In this document: positions 18,392 to 28,011 of the stretch, one piece after another | Position numbering within the stretch: position 1 is the first letter of the stretch | Layout: each line of letters opens with the position of its first letter | Source of the DNA: an uncultured Fibrobacterota bacterium | Lineage (GTDB): Bacteria; Fibrobacterota; Chitinivibrionia; Chitinivibrionales; FEN-1185 | Reading direction: 5' to 3' | DNA: 64,000 bases | NCBI GenBank assembly: GCA_963729895.1 | Contig: CAVSQB010000025.1 | Span: 16,819-80,818, forward strand | Notes under the pieces: model-generated | What the model was told of the DNA's origin: nothing | Database searches by the model: none | What the model saw: only the letters and a program-made list of their open reading frames with translations | Program-made: the position numbers and the translations under genes

Positions 18392-19954
18392 TTAGACCGG
18401 GACAGTTACAGATATTGGATTTGGTGCAATTGATCCAAGATTGTACTGCAATGCGGCAGTCAGGATATGGGAGGCCGCCCCAAGGTTTTTGAGAGTATAA
18501 GAATAAGGTGGCATGTTCTTCTGGGTTGCCCTCATGACGTTTATCATTTTCAGCACATGGGCGTCAATTGCCACAGGGTCTGTGCCTGCAATCACCTGGG
18601 CCGGAAACCAATTAGTCGACGGAGGTGTAGATGGCCCGCCATGATAAGCACCCAGGAAACCATCGCCGATCGTCAGAATCGGGGTGACTCGGCCGGCCGG
18701 ACTCGCAAGTTGACTCAAGACAAGCTGGTATACCTGGGGAACCGCATCATTGCAGCTGCCGTTGTGGAAGGGTATCTGATGATCGATGGCCCCGAAAAAA
18801 TTCTTTAAGGCAAAGGTAATGCCTGCATCGACATGGTCCTTGATGACGGGCACATTAATAATATAATCGAGCGCAGGTATGATGCTGCTCAGGCGCGTGG
18901 GTATGCCTGAAATGGAAAACGATCCTGCCGCCCACAGAAGCGATGATGGCTCGGCTTCAGTTACCGGGATTCCGTGCAAGGTAGTATTATAATTGACAGA
19001 TGCTACTCTGCTTGAAAAAGTTCCATTGGGTCCAGACCCATCAGTAAGAGCATAGCCGGCATTAAGCATTTGTGTAGGGTTGGATGAATCGGACCCCCAA
19101 TAACGGTCGTCGAAGACAATGATATTGTTGATGGGAAACGTGCCGCCGCTGTCGACGACCATCGTTGTCAGACCCTGGATGATCGCAGTCACAACCTCTA
19201 TGTGCGAGCACAATCCATTGTTAAGCAATTGGGAAGACTGAGTTGAAAACGCCTGTAATGCGGCCAGCGTGTTGATCTTAATACCGATCATGGATTTGGC
19301 CGTGACCCCGCCAAGAATAGATTTGTATGCTTCGCCCACGCTCGCAGGTGTCGCATTCGTTATCCCTTGCGCCACCGCCATTACTGCGGCATTTACAGTC
19401 TTGTTTACTTCCTGCTGCACCAGAGCTCCAGTGGACAAAACAGCATTTGGATTTTGTGCAATGTAAACAGGTTTGGCCGCCATTATGGGCACTTGGAGAG
19501 CAGCCGACAAAGGGCTTGCGTTATTATCGGAATCTACAGCCTCCAGCCAATAGTAATAGGAATCACCGACCACAAACGAACTGTCATCCGTAAAGCTCGT
19601 TCCCGTAACAAGGGAGGCGCCGTTGATCGGTTGGACCGCCGACACGTTTGGGGGTGTCGGGTCGAGGGTGCGATAAAGGTTATAACCGGTAATTTGAATA
19701 TTCGGATTTAAAGTGGTGAGACTTGCGCCGGTAACGTCGGTAAGGCTATTGGGATTCCAATTCAGAACCACATCGGTTATGGTGCCGTTGTTGTCGACGC
19801 CGTAGTCATTGACCAATCCAACCGGCGCCGACGGTAGCCGCACGTCGGGCTCAACAGGAGCGCGTTTGTCGCAACTGACAAGCACGCCCAGTCCGGCCGC
19901 ACATTCAAGCGATTTCACCAGGAATTTCCGGCGATTGATCTTCTTTTGATTCAT
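18392..19954 (-). CDS. Tat lipoprotein with FN3 domain plus DUF362 domain
   Basis: NRRKFL...LVSC; FN3 (LNW...GYNLYR...YYYWLEAVD); IGIKIN, INVPVIKDH..AGITFALKNFFG, GTDPVAID. Confidence 0.8.
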   Translation of the reverse strand: MNQKKINRRKFLVKSLECAAGLGVLVSCDKRAPVEPDVRLPSAPVGLVNDYGVDNNGTITDVVLNWNPNSLTDVTGASLTTLNPNIQITGYNLYRTLDPTPPNVSAVQPINGASLVTGTSFTDDSSFVVGDSYYYWLEAVDSDNNASPLSAALQVPIMAAKPVYIAQNPNAVLSTGALVQQEVNKTVNAAVMAVAQGITNATPASVGEAYKSILGGVTAKSMIGIKINTLAALQAFSTQSSQLLNNGLCSHIEVVTAIIQGLTTMVVDSGGTFPINNIIVFDDRYWGSDSSNPTQMLNAGYALTDGSGPNGTFSSRVASVNYNTTLHGIPVTEAEPSSLLWAAGSFSISGIPTRLSSIIPALDYIINVPVIKDHVDAGITFALKNFFGAIDHQIPFHNGSCNDAVPQVYQLVLSQLASPAGRVTPILTIGDGFLGAYHGGPSTPPSTNWFPAQVIAGTDPVAIDAHVLKMINVMRATQKNMPPYSYTLKNLGAASHILTAALQYNLGSIAPNPISVTVPV

Positions 19955-20109
19955 AGCCCCTCTTTTCCAAAAGAACTTGCGCAAAAGTCTGGAAATCACT
20001 CTTCTCGGAGAGCACCGACTCCAACTCTTATCTCATTACCAATTTCCCTAATACGAATACGCGCAGCTCTTCCCCGTAATTTAGCCTATTTTCCGCTCGT
20101 TTGCCGCAT

Positions 20110-23100
20110 TTAGAACAATGCCGTTGCCTTCAACTCGGCCATATTGTAAACCAGCACCTTGGTATTGAACACATAATCTACTTCCATCAGCAAGCGAAGG
20201 AAGAAATTTGACCCGGCCTTCACCTGGATATCGAACTTGTTCTGCCAGGTCTGCTGGTAGGAGTTAAAGTCGTAACCCCTCCCGTTTGAAAGCATTGCGC
20301 CGATATAGTACTGGGTCCGCCATTCCCTGATTGTCTTTCCCGGTATTCGCCAGTCGAACAAGATTCCCGGAGTGAGCGAGTTAAGGTATCCTGTTGTGGT
20401 GTCCCGGTACACGCCCGCAATGCCCCCGATGGCGTCGTTGATCACTGAATCAACGTCCTGCCTGGAGACATCCACCGTGGTTTCCGTCCTCAGGTTCGGG
20501 GACCAGCGTTCCGTCCACTTTACGATGAGCTCTTCATACGTGCTCTTGACGGCAAACGTGTCGAGCCCTCTGTTGCTGCCACTATAGATAGGCATATCCA
20601 TGGTGTCCAAAAACATGTTCAAATCGATATCAAACCTGGTCTTCCGGTCTCTAAAAGCAAGACGCGCCTCGTTGTACCATTTGAGGCCGTTGTCGGTGGC
20701 ATAGGTCATGTTCGTGGAATTCGTTTTTTCCACCCTGCTGTCGTAATGCAGGTCCTGGGTGAAATCGAATATCGGCTTTATCGTGTAGGTCTGGGTTGAG
20801 GAATTCGTGAAGGTATCGATCGAATTGGACTGCAACTCCAGGGAATCCGCATTTGAAAGTCCATATCCGAGATTAAGCTGGAACGGATTGAGGAACTTCA
20901 GGTAAACGCCGGGAACAAGCAGCAGGCTGGCGTTCAGCATGTTCGACGTCGAGTTGAGCCATTCCGCGGAGGAAACGACATACTGCGCGCTTTGCAGTTG
21001 GTAATCGCCGTACAGCGTGACGCCGGGGATAAGTTCCTGGGAAAAGAGTTTGAATTCGGGACGAATCAGATTCCCCCGGTACGCCAGGGTGTTGTCCAGG
21101 CTGTCTCGGCCCTGGTAAATCCTGAAAACGCTCTTGGTTTCGAGCTGCAGTTTTTTAAGGGGAGAAAACCTGATCCAGGCAAAAATATTGTGATCGAGCT
21201 TCTGATCAAACTGTGATGCAAGGTTATACGGGCCGGGAGCGGTGCCGGAAACATTGGTGTCAACGGAGTCGGTAATGAAATCGACGGCATAGGAAAGGTC
21301 GAACCATATCCTGTCCATACGCTTGAACGAATGGCCCCATTCCGTTTCCACAACTGCGTTCCAGCGGTCGGACATCAGGGAATCCCGGTTGCCGCCCTGC
21401 ACAGTGTCCCGTGGCTGTTGAGTGTAGTTCCTCATGTCCTGGTGCATGCCGAACAGCCTGAGCGTAGGGATTTCGGGCAGCGAAACGAGATACTGCGCAT
21501 ACTCCCGCACTTCGTTGCCGCACGAGGCGTCGATCACGCCTGCTCCGGCGGTGAGAGGCATGTACTGCTTCCAAAGGTCCCAGACCAGTTCTCCCTGCGC
21601 CTGATGGTTTATTCTTCCGTAAACCGAATTCTGGTCCGCAAGGGTCACATAGTCGGGCGTTTGGTAAATTCCGTTCACCGAGAGTTTGAGGTTGTACATA
21701 ACCGAAGAAAGGTCGAGTTTGGCGGCCGACCCCTGTTTGGCGGCCACGATCGAGTCGTTATAGCTTGCCGACACCTCGGGCACTGCCCTCAAATAGAGTT
21801 TGTTGTCCGCGGATTTCATCTCGATCTTGCTGTTGACGCTGCCGGCAAAGTCCTGGTTCATTGCGCTGTCGAGGCCGACGCGGTTGGGCTCCTTAAAGCC
21901 GCGATACGCGCCGTTGACTCCCAGGGCGACCTTGTCGCTCAACTCAACGACATCTTCAACGGAAGCCATCTGGTTGGTGTACTCTCCGATAACGGGCTGG
22001 TATTGGCACGAAACCTCGATGCGGGAATCGGGGTTGGCAAGGCCTTCGTTCTTGAACGAAAGCAGTCCCCTGGTCCGCTCGATGCTGTAATCGCTCGGGT
22101 CTACCACCTGGCCGTCCACGAGAATCTGCACGCTTTCGGTGACTATATTCTGTATGTTGAGCTGATAGAAGTTGTCTTCACGGAACGGAATGAGTTGCCT
22201 GAAGAACTTCGTTTTCCCGAAGCCCGCCCACGCTCCCAAATTTTCCCGGCGGAGCTTTTTGTCGCCCACCCGGTCGCCGAACTCGGTGCGGATGCCGGCG
22301 CCGTTAAGGTACGTGGGACTGATGAGCGAACTGAAGAAGTAGTCGGTTTTCTGGTCGGTCCGCCAGCCGAGCCTTCGGACGTTGTCGTCGCCAAAGCCCC
22401 GGTACTCGGCGCTGTAGCGTACGTCGCCGAGCGGATCGGTGTTGTCGTAGGTGGCCCGGAACGTGCGGCCGTCATTGAGATCGCCGTTCATGTTAAGCTG
22501 GGCCTTTGGCCATCCGTAAAGGAAATCTTTGTAGGTTGCAACCGTATCCAGCACAACAGGCGTTATTTTTCCGGAAGCCGCTGTGTCGTAAGCGTAAACC
22601 ACGGAGTCGAGGTTTTTGTTCAAAATGTAATTTGGTATGCTGGTAGTGAGCGGTGAGCCGAATGTCGCCTTGTTTTCAACTTTGTATTCCGCGGTCCCCT
22701 GAAGGCTCACGCTCTGGCCGGACGGCGCCGTGACTCCGAGCCCGGTTTCGTCCATGTGCGATTTCCATTTGGGCCTTTGCCCGCCCGTGCCGGTCACCTT
22801 GATCTCGGTGGAATACCAGATATCCTGATCGGTTTTCAAATAGGAAAACGTTGTCCCTTTTCTGCACAGGGCGGTCTGGCCCGAGGTGTACACTTCGTCC
22901 TGCACGTCGTCGCCGAGACCGTCAACCGAGGTGTAGGTCTTCCACCGGCGCTGGGCCTCGTCGAAGGTGTACACGCCGTCGGACGTGGTGAACCATTCCG
23001 TTGTTCCGGACGTGGACAGGGAGTATACGGTTTTCTTATCGATCATCGAGTTGCGGGAGAAATTTTCCCAGGTCTGGTTGCTGCCGTTGAACCGGGCAAC

Positions 23101-23847
23101 GCCCTCGGGCGACACCACCCAGATGTACGATGCGTCAACCAGCATGTAGTTGACCGCCGAGCCCACAATGCCGTTGTTGAGCGGATACGAGTTCCAGGCC
23201 TTCATGCTGATCGAATAGCGGGAAAAGCCCTTGTCGGTCTCCACCCAGATGTAGTCGCTGAAATAAAAAAGTCTGAAGGCAGTATTGGAAATAAGCCCGG
23301 TGCTCGTGGTATAGCTTTCCCATTTTTCGAACTTCTTGTCAAAATAGAATACTCCCTGGTCGGTGGCCACCCACAGTTGCGACTGGTTGGAATACAGGTC
23401 GTAGATGCGCTTGTCGGCAAAGTTGCCCATCGGCTCCCATTGCATCACCACCTTGTTGAACCGCGCGAGCCCATGCGGGCCCGCCGCGTACACGTAATCC
23501 GGGTCCACCACGAGCCGGACAACCGTGTCGGACGGCAGACCCTGCTTGGCGGTGTACGACTTCCAGTCGAGGTACCGCAGGTCGGCGTACAACGCGCCGC
23601 GGTCGGTGGCCACCCACAACTCCGGATCGTCAAGGCACAGGTCGTTCACCGACTCGGGGCGGATGTTCCCCCACAGCTCGTTGGTGGTTAGAAACCGGTT
23701 GAGGCCGAACGCGGTTCCCCACCATACGATGTTATTGTATTGGAAAAAAAGCTGGCGTGGAGGGGGCGAGGCGCCGAACGCGGCAAACATGGATGCGGCA
23801 CACACAATGGACAGGCACGATTTTCTTAACATTGAGGAATCCGGCAT
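20110..23847 (-). CDS. Large outer-membrane protein: N-terminal beta-propeller repeats and probable C-terminal beta-barrel
   Basis: Signal peptide; LWVATD.G repeats; internal ESVQILVDGQ..DYSIE..GLLSF segment; aromatic-rich beta strands; terminal Phe. Confidence 0.7.
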   Translation of the reverse strand: MPDSSMLRKSCLSIVCAASMFAAFGASPPPRQLFFQYNNIVWWGTAFGLNRFLTTNELWGNIRPESVNDLCLDDPELWVATDRGALYADLRYLDWKSYTAKQGLPSDTVVRLVVDPDYVYAAGPHGLARFNKVVMQWEPMGNFADKRIYDLYSNQSQLWVATDQGVFYFDKKFEKWESYTTSTGLISNTAFRLFYFSDYIWVETDKGFSRYSISMKAWNSYPLNNGIVGSAVNYMLVDASYIWVVSPEGVARFNGSNQTWENFSRNSMIDKKTVYSLSTSGTTEWFTTSDGVYTFDEAQRRWKTYTSVDGLGDDVQDEVYTSGQTALCRKGTTFSYLKTDQDIWYSTEIKVTGTGGQRPKWKSHMDETGLGVTAPSGQSVSLQGTAEYKVENKATFGSPLTTSIPNYILNKNLDSVVYAYDTAASGKITPVVLDTVATYKDFLYGWPKAQLNMNGDLNDGRTFRATYDNTDPLGDVRYSAEYRGFGDDNVRRLGWRTDQKTDYFFSSLISPTYLNGAGIRTEFGDRVGDKKLRRENLGAWAGFGKTKFFRQLIPFREDNFYQLNIQNIVTESVQILVDGQVVDPSDYSIERTRGLLSFKNEGLANPDSRIEVSCQYQPVIGEYTNQMASVEDVVELSDKVALGVNGAYRGFKEPNRVGLDSAMNQDFAGSVNSKIEMKSADNKLYLRAVPEVSASYNDSIVAAKQGSAAKLDLSSVMYNLKLSVNGIYQTPDYVTLADQNSVYGRINHQAQGELVWDLWKQYMPLTAGAGVIDASCGNEVREYAQYLVSLPEIPTLRLFGMHQDMRNYTQQPRDTVQGGNRDSLMSDRWNAVVETEWGHSFKRMDRIWFDLSYAVDFITDSVDTNVSGTAPGPYNLASQFDQKLDHNIFAWIRFSPLKKLQLETKSVFRIYQGRDSLDNTLAYRGNLIRPEFKLFSQELIPGVTLYGDYQLQSAQYVVSSAEWLNSTSNMLNASLLLVPGVYLKFLNPFQLNLGYGLSNADSLELQSNSIDTFTNSSTQTYTIKPIFDFTQDLHYDSRVEKTNSTNMTYATDNGLKWYNEARLAFRDRKTRFDIDLNMFLDTMDMPIYSGSNRGLDTFAVKSTYEELIVKWTERWSPNLRTETTVDVSRQDVDSVINDAIGGIAGVYRDTTTGYLNSLTPGILFDWRIPGKTIREWRTQYYIGAMLSNGRGYDFNSYQQTWQNKFDIQVKAGSNFFLRLLMEVDYVFNTKVLVYNMAELKATALF

Positions 23848-24129
23848 CGCCTTGTGGTTCTTCCGGTTTGGTACTTAACCGATTGCATAGTATAGCACGA
23901 CGGCACCGGGAAAGTCGAGACATTCCTCTCGACTCCAACGCGTTGTGCGTGTCTTGTCTTGCTGCCGTCAGGGCGTGCTTTTGGGGGGAACAGTCAGCAC
24001 TCATTCGACGGCTTTTAAAATAAATGATTAGAGGGGGACATTCAATAACGAAGATGAAATAGTGATCGGCCAAGCCGGCCGAGGCCCCGGGGAGACGGCC
24101 CTTGTGACCCTTGGAAGTCCCTGACGAGG

Positions 24130-24159
24130 GGAAGTACCCGAAGGGGTAGACTTCTCCCC
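24130..24159 (-). repeat. Dispersed hairpin repeat family A, copy 2
   Basis: ggaagtacccgaaggggtagacttctcccc; its left flank (ggggagacg.ccctt) is also shared with copy 1. Confidence 0.85.
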
Positions 24160-24166
24160 AAAAATC

Positions 24167-24787
24167 CTATCCCCATCCCTTCACAATTGCAACTGCATCG
24201 CGCATCTTGTAGTGGTTTTTGACGCCCGGCTTTATTTCCACGCCGCTGTTGAATTCTACCGCGTAGGGGGTCACGTTTTCCAGCGCGTCCCGGATGTTCG
24301 ACGGATTGAGCCCGCCCGCCACAATAATGTTGGGATAGAGTTGCGTTGCCGCGCGCGCGATCGACCAGTCGAACGTCGTGCCGCTGCCGCCCCGCTCCCC
24401 GCTCCAGGTGTCGAGCAGGAACCCGCTTACCTTGTAGGAGGCAAGGGCGGCGACGCTAAAGCCCGGCCCCACGCCGAATGCCTTGACAACAGCGCATCCG
24501 AACCCGGCGGCAAACGCCGGCGTCTCGTTGCCGTGAAGCTGGACCGTGTCGATGCCGGTCTGCGAGATGACGGAAGCCACGGTCTCCGCTGCGTCGTCGA
24601 CGAACACGCCGACCTTGGAGACAAACGGCGGAAGCCTGCGGATGATGTCTGCCGCGGCAAGCGGGTGGATGTAGCGGGGACTCTTGGGATAGAAAATGAA
24701 CCCGAGCGCGTCAACGCCGAGACCGACCGCGGTTTTTGCGTCTTCGTATCGGGTGATGCCGCAGATTTTGATTCTTATGATAGACAT
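24167..24787 (-). CDS. trpF: Phosphoribosylanthranilate isomerase
   Basis: IKICGIT, GFIFYPKSPR, VQLHGNE, GGSGTTFDW, AGGLNP. Confidence 0.95.
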   Translation of the reverse strand: MSIIRIKICGITRYEDAKTAVGLGVDALGFIFYPKSPRYIHPLAAADIIRRLPPFVSKVGVFVDDAAETVASVISQTGIDTVQLHGNETPAFAAGFGCAVVKAFGVGPGFSVAALASYKVSGFLLDTWSGERGGSGTTFDWSIARAATQLYPNIIVAGGLNPSNIRDALENVTPYAVEFNSGVEIKPGVKNHYKMRDAVAIVKGWG

Positions 24788-24975
24788 ATTTGCACGTAGC
24801 CCAAAGAAAAGAGTCTTTGGATGGCTGAGCCGGGTGACCCCCTAGAAAGATTGGAAGCGAGAATCCATTCTTCGGCTGGGGGGCACCCACGAGCGACAGC
24901 TGAGACGGTCGAATCAGGTACCGTTAATGAAAATATATGTCTGGATAGGGGAGGCGTTTGCAAAGGCTTGATGGA

Positions 24976-25782
24976 TCACTTCCAATGAGTCCCCCTTCGG
25001 GGGATCTTCGAGGGGGCGCATAACTCCTGGATCAGCTTCTCCGGGTCCTCCGCCCGCATCAAACTTTCGCCTACAAGAAGCGCGGAGACTCCGGCTTTGT
25101 AAAGCTCTTTCGCCTGGGCAGCGCCCGTTATCCCGCTTTCGGACACGAGCGTGATCTCCTTTGGTACATACGGCGCGATCGACACGGTGGTTTGAATGTC
25201 GGCGGCAAACGTCGCGAGGTCGCGGTTGTTGATGCCGATGCAGGAGGGAAGCGGCGAAAGCCTGAGAACCCTGTCGAGCTCCTTGTGCGAGTGAATTTCG
25301 ATGAGCATGTCGAGCCCGGCCGCGCGGCCTGCGCAGTACAATTCGTCCATTTGAGCGTCCGACAGCGCCGCGGCAATGAGCAGCATTGCGTCGGCGTTCA
25401 TGGCGGCGGTTTGCAGAACCTGGATGGGATCGATGATGAAGTCTTTGCGCAGCACGGGCAGCGGGACCGCGTTTCGAGCGGTTTCAAGGCATGCCTGCGA
25501 TCCCATGAAGAATTTTTCGTCGGTAAGCACGGACAGGGCCGCGGCGCCGCCCGCATGGTATCGTTTGGCGATTGCCCGCGGGTCAAAAGCGGCGCTGATA
25601 ACACCCCTGCTCGGAGACGCTTTCTTGATTTCGGCGATAATTGCAGGCCCGTTGTTGCGGCGAAGGGCCGAAACAAACGGGCGGGCCTTGTCGGACCTGC
25701 CGGAGAACCGGCCGCGCTCCCTGGCCAGGCGCCGTATTTCGTCTTTCTTGGCGGAAAGGATGGTGTCGAGGAACGAGGGCAT
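24976..25782 (-). CDS. trpC: Indole-3-glycerol phosphate synthase
   Basis: IIAEIKKASPSRG, LSVLTDEKFF, LRKDFI, GINNRDL, VSESGI; ATG at 25782 directly follows the trpG stop. Confidence 0.95.
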   Translation of the reverse strand: MPSFLDTILSAKKDEIRRLARERGRFSGRSDKARPFVSALRRNNGPAIIAEIKKASPSRGVISAAFDPRAIAKRYHAGGAAALSVLTDEKFFMGSQACLETARNAVPLPVLRKDFIIDPIQVLQTAAMNADAMLLIAAALSDAQMDELYCAGRAAGLDMLIEIHSHKELDRVLRLSPLPSCIGINNRDLATFAADIQTTVSIAPYVPKEITLVSESGITGAAQAKELYKAGVSALLVGESLMRAEDPEKLIQELCAPSKIPRRGTHWK

Positions 25783-25783
25783 A

Positions 25784-26356
25784 TCAGAGGATCCCGGACA
25801 GGAAATTCTTGAGGAGCTGTTTTCCCACCTGGGTGAGGATCGATTCCGGGTGGAACTGCACGCCTTCAATAGGAAACTTTTTGTGCCGCACGCCCATGAT
25901 AATGCCGTCTTTTGTCTGGCTCGTAATCTCAAGGCAGTCGGGGCACGATTTGCGCTCGATGATCAGGCTGTGGTAGCGCGTTGCAATAAAGGGGTTTTGA
26001 ATGTTGGTGTAGATCTTTTTTCCGTCGTGATGGATTTCTGACACCTTGCCGTGCATGAGCTGCGGCGCGCGAATAATGTTCCCGCCGAACGCGAATCCGA
26101 TGGATTGGTGGCCAAGGCACACGCCGAGAAGGGGCGTCCGTGGGCCGAAGGCGGTGACCGCTTCCACCGATATGCCGGCCTCGCGCGGCGTGCAGGGCCC
26201 GGGCGAGATCACGATTGCTTTAGGAGACAACTCGCGGATCTGGTCCAGGGAAATTTTGTCGTTTCTCGCGACGCGGACCTCGCCTTTGTACAGTTCGCCC
26301 AGGTACTGCACGAGGTTGTACGTAAACGAATCGTAGTTGTCGATTATCAAGATCAT
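25784..26356 (-). CDS. trpG: Anthranilate synthase component II (glutamine amidotransferase)
   Basis: [34 protein letters not shown]. Confidence 0.95.
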   Translation of the reverse strand: MILIIDNYDSFTYNLVQYLGELYKGEVRVARNDKISLDQIRELSPKAIVISPGPCTPREAGISVEAVTAFGPRTPLLGVCLGHQSIGFAFGGNIIRAPQLMHGKVSEIHHDGKKIYTNIQNPFIATRYHSLIIERKSCPDCLEITSQTKDGIIMGVRHKKFPIEGVQFHPESILTQVGKQLLKNFLSGIL

Positions 26357-26361
26357 GGGTA

Positions 26362-27837
26362 TCAGCCTCTTCCGATAATGCGTTTTGCGTCGTTGATGGC
26401 GGTGAGCAGGGCGCGCGCCTTGTTCATAGATTCATCGTACTCGGTAGACGGAACGGAATCGGCCACGATCCCCGCGCCGGCCTGGATGTATGCCATGCCG
26501 TCTTTGCAGACCACGGTCCGGATCACGATGCATGTGTCAAGACTGCCGGAAAAGTCGATGTAGCCGAGCGCGCCGCCGTAGGTGCCGCGCCGCACGGGCT
26601 CGAGTTCGTCGATTATCTGCATGGCGCGGATTTTGGGAGCGCCCGACAGGGTGCCCGCGGGAAAACAGGCGAACAGCGCATCGAGCGCGTCGCAGCCGGC
26701 CCGCAGCCGGCCGGAAACGTTCGACACCAGGTGCATGACATGAGAGTATTGCTCGACATGCATCATCTCTTCCACCTTTACGCTGCCGTACTCGCTTACC
26801 CGGCCGATGTCGTTTCTGCCGAGGTCCACCAGCATGATGTGCTCGGCGATTTCCTTTGGGTCTTTTGTGAGCTCCTCGGCGAGCTGTTCGTCTTCGATTT
26901 CGGTTCTGCCGCGCGGACGCGAACCGGCAATGGGCCGCGTTTCCACCACGCCGTTTTCCACGCGGACCATCATCTCCGGAGACGAGCCGACCACCGTGGC
27001 TCCGGCCAGCGACAGGAAGTACATGTACGGCGACGGGTTCACAGTGCGAAGGATGCGGTACAGGTCGAACGGGTCCGCGTCCACGCGCACGCTGATGCGC
27101 TGGGAGGGCACCACCTGGAAGATATCACCGGCCCGGATGTATTCTTTGCACTTTTCAACCGCGGTCTCGTACTGTTCCCTGGTGAAGGTCGACGAGGACT
27201 CCTTGACATCGTGAACGGTGATGCCCGATGACGCGAGGCGGACCGCGAGCTTGTCCTCCAGGCTGCCCAGGCTGTGACACGCGTTTTTGTACGCCTCTTC
27301 AAGGGGAATGCCGTCATCGACGTGGATGGTGGTAATGAGCAGCAGTTTGTGCTCCCGATTGTCGAATGCGATGATGTCCCTGTAAAACCCGAAGAAGATT
27401 TCGTCCACGATCCGGTCCTGGGGGTTTTTGTCAGGGATCTTCTCGAACAGCCGCACCGAGTCGTAGGAGAAATAGCCCACGGCGCCGCCGCACAGGCGGG
27501 GAAGGCCTTCAACATGCACCGATTTGTACCGCCCGAGCAGGGACCGCAGTTTACCAATCGGATCGCCGTCGCCCTCTTCCGCAAACTGCCCCGCAACTTC
27601 CCACGATGGGCCGTTGCTTTTGAAGGTAAGAAACGGTTTCGCGCCGATAAAGGAATACCGCGCGACTTTGTCGCCGCCGGTGACGCTCTCCAAAAGGAAG
27701 CTGTAAGGCTCGTCTTTGAACAGTTTGAGCCATACCGAGACCGGGGTCTCGGTGTCGGCGAGGATTCTATGACAAACAGGAATCACGTTGCCGAGAGATG
27801 CGAGGTCCTTGACTTCGGTGAGTGATGGTACGATCAT
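26362..27837 (-). CDS. trpE: Anthranilate synthase component I
   Basis: [45 protein letters not shown]. Confidence 0.95.
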   Translation of the reverse strand: MIVPSLTEVKDLASLGNVIPVCHRILADTETPVSVWLKLFKDEPYSFLLESVTGGDKVARYSFIGAKPFLTFKSNGPSWEVAGQFAEEGDGDPIGKLRSLLGRYKSVHVEGLPRLCGGAVGYFSYDSVRLFEKIPDKNPQDRIVDEIFFGFYRDIIAFDNREHKLLLITTIHVDDGIPLEEAYKNACHSLGSLEDKLAVRLASSGITVHDVKESSSTFTREQYETAVEKCKEYIRAGDIFQVVPSQRISVRVDADPFDLYRILRTVNPSPYMYFLSLAGATVVGSSPEMMVRVENGVVETRPIAGSRPRGRTEIEDEQLAEELTKDPKEIAEHIMLVDLGRNDIGRVSEYGSVKVEEMMHVEQYSHVMHLVSNVSGRLRAGCDALDALFACFPAGTLSGAPKIRAMQIIDELEPVRRGTYGGALGYIDFSGSLDTCIVIRTVVCKDGMAYIQAGAGIVADSVPSTEYDESMNKARALLTAINDAKRIIGRG

Positions 27838-27856
27838 AGTGTCTTAATCAATTTCC

Positions 27857-27985
27857 GTGTTTGGGCGTTCCCCTTGCTACGCTCGGGTCGGCCCTCGTTC
27901 ACGCTTCGCGCCCTTCGGGCCGCCTGCGGTGGTGGTCTCCGCGCCTTCGGCGCTCCAGCGCACCACTCCAGTCCGGCCTGACGCG
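27857..27985. repeat. GC-rich multi-hairpin intergenic element (MITE/REP-like)
   Basis: tttgggcgttcccc..gctacgctcgggtcgg..gcccttcgggc..gcgccttcggcgc, with C(TTCG)G tetraloop hairpins. Confidence 0.45.
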
Positions 27986-28011
27986 AAAACATGAAAAAGA
28001 GGCGGTGTAAA

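Noticed and set aside
21331..23691. Long plus-strand ORFs (441 aa, 311 aa), and similar shadows at 7914, 8757, 16859, 29632, 31279, 52222, 55257, 58199, 61679
   Set aside because: Antisense shadows of well-supported genes, expected from GC3-biased codon usage.
27834..27993. Short ORF MFSRQAGLEWC... ending at the trpE start, as a Trp attenuator leader peptide
   Set aside because: Only one Trp, too long, no U-tailed terminator; it runs through the repeat-like element.
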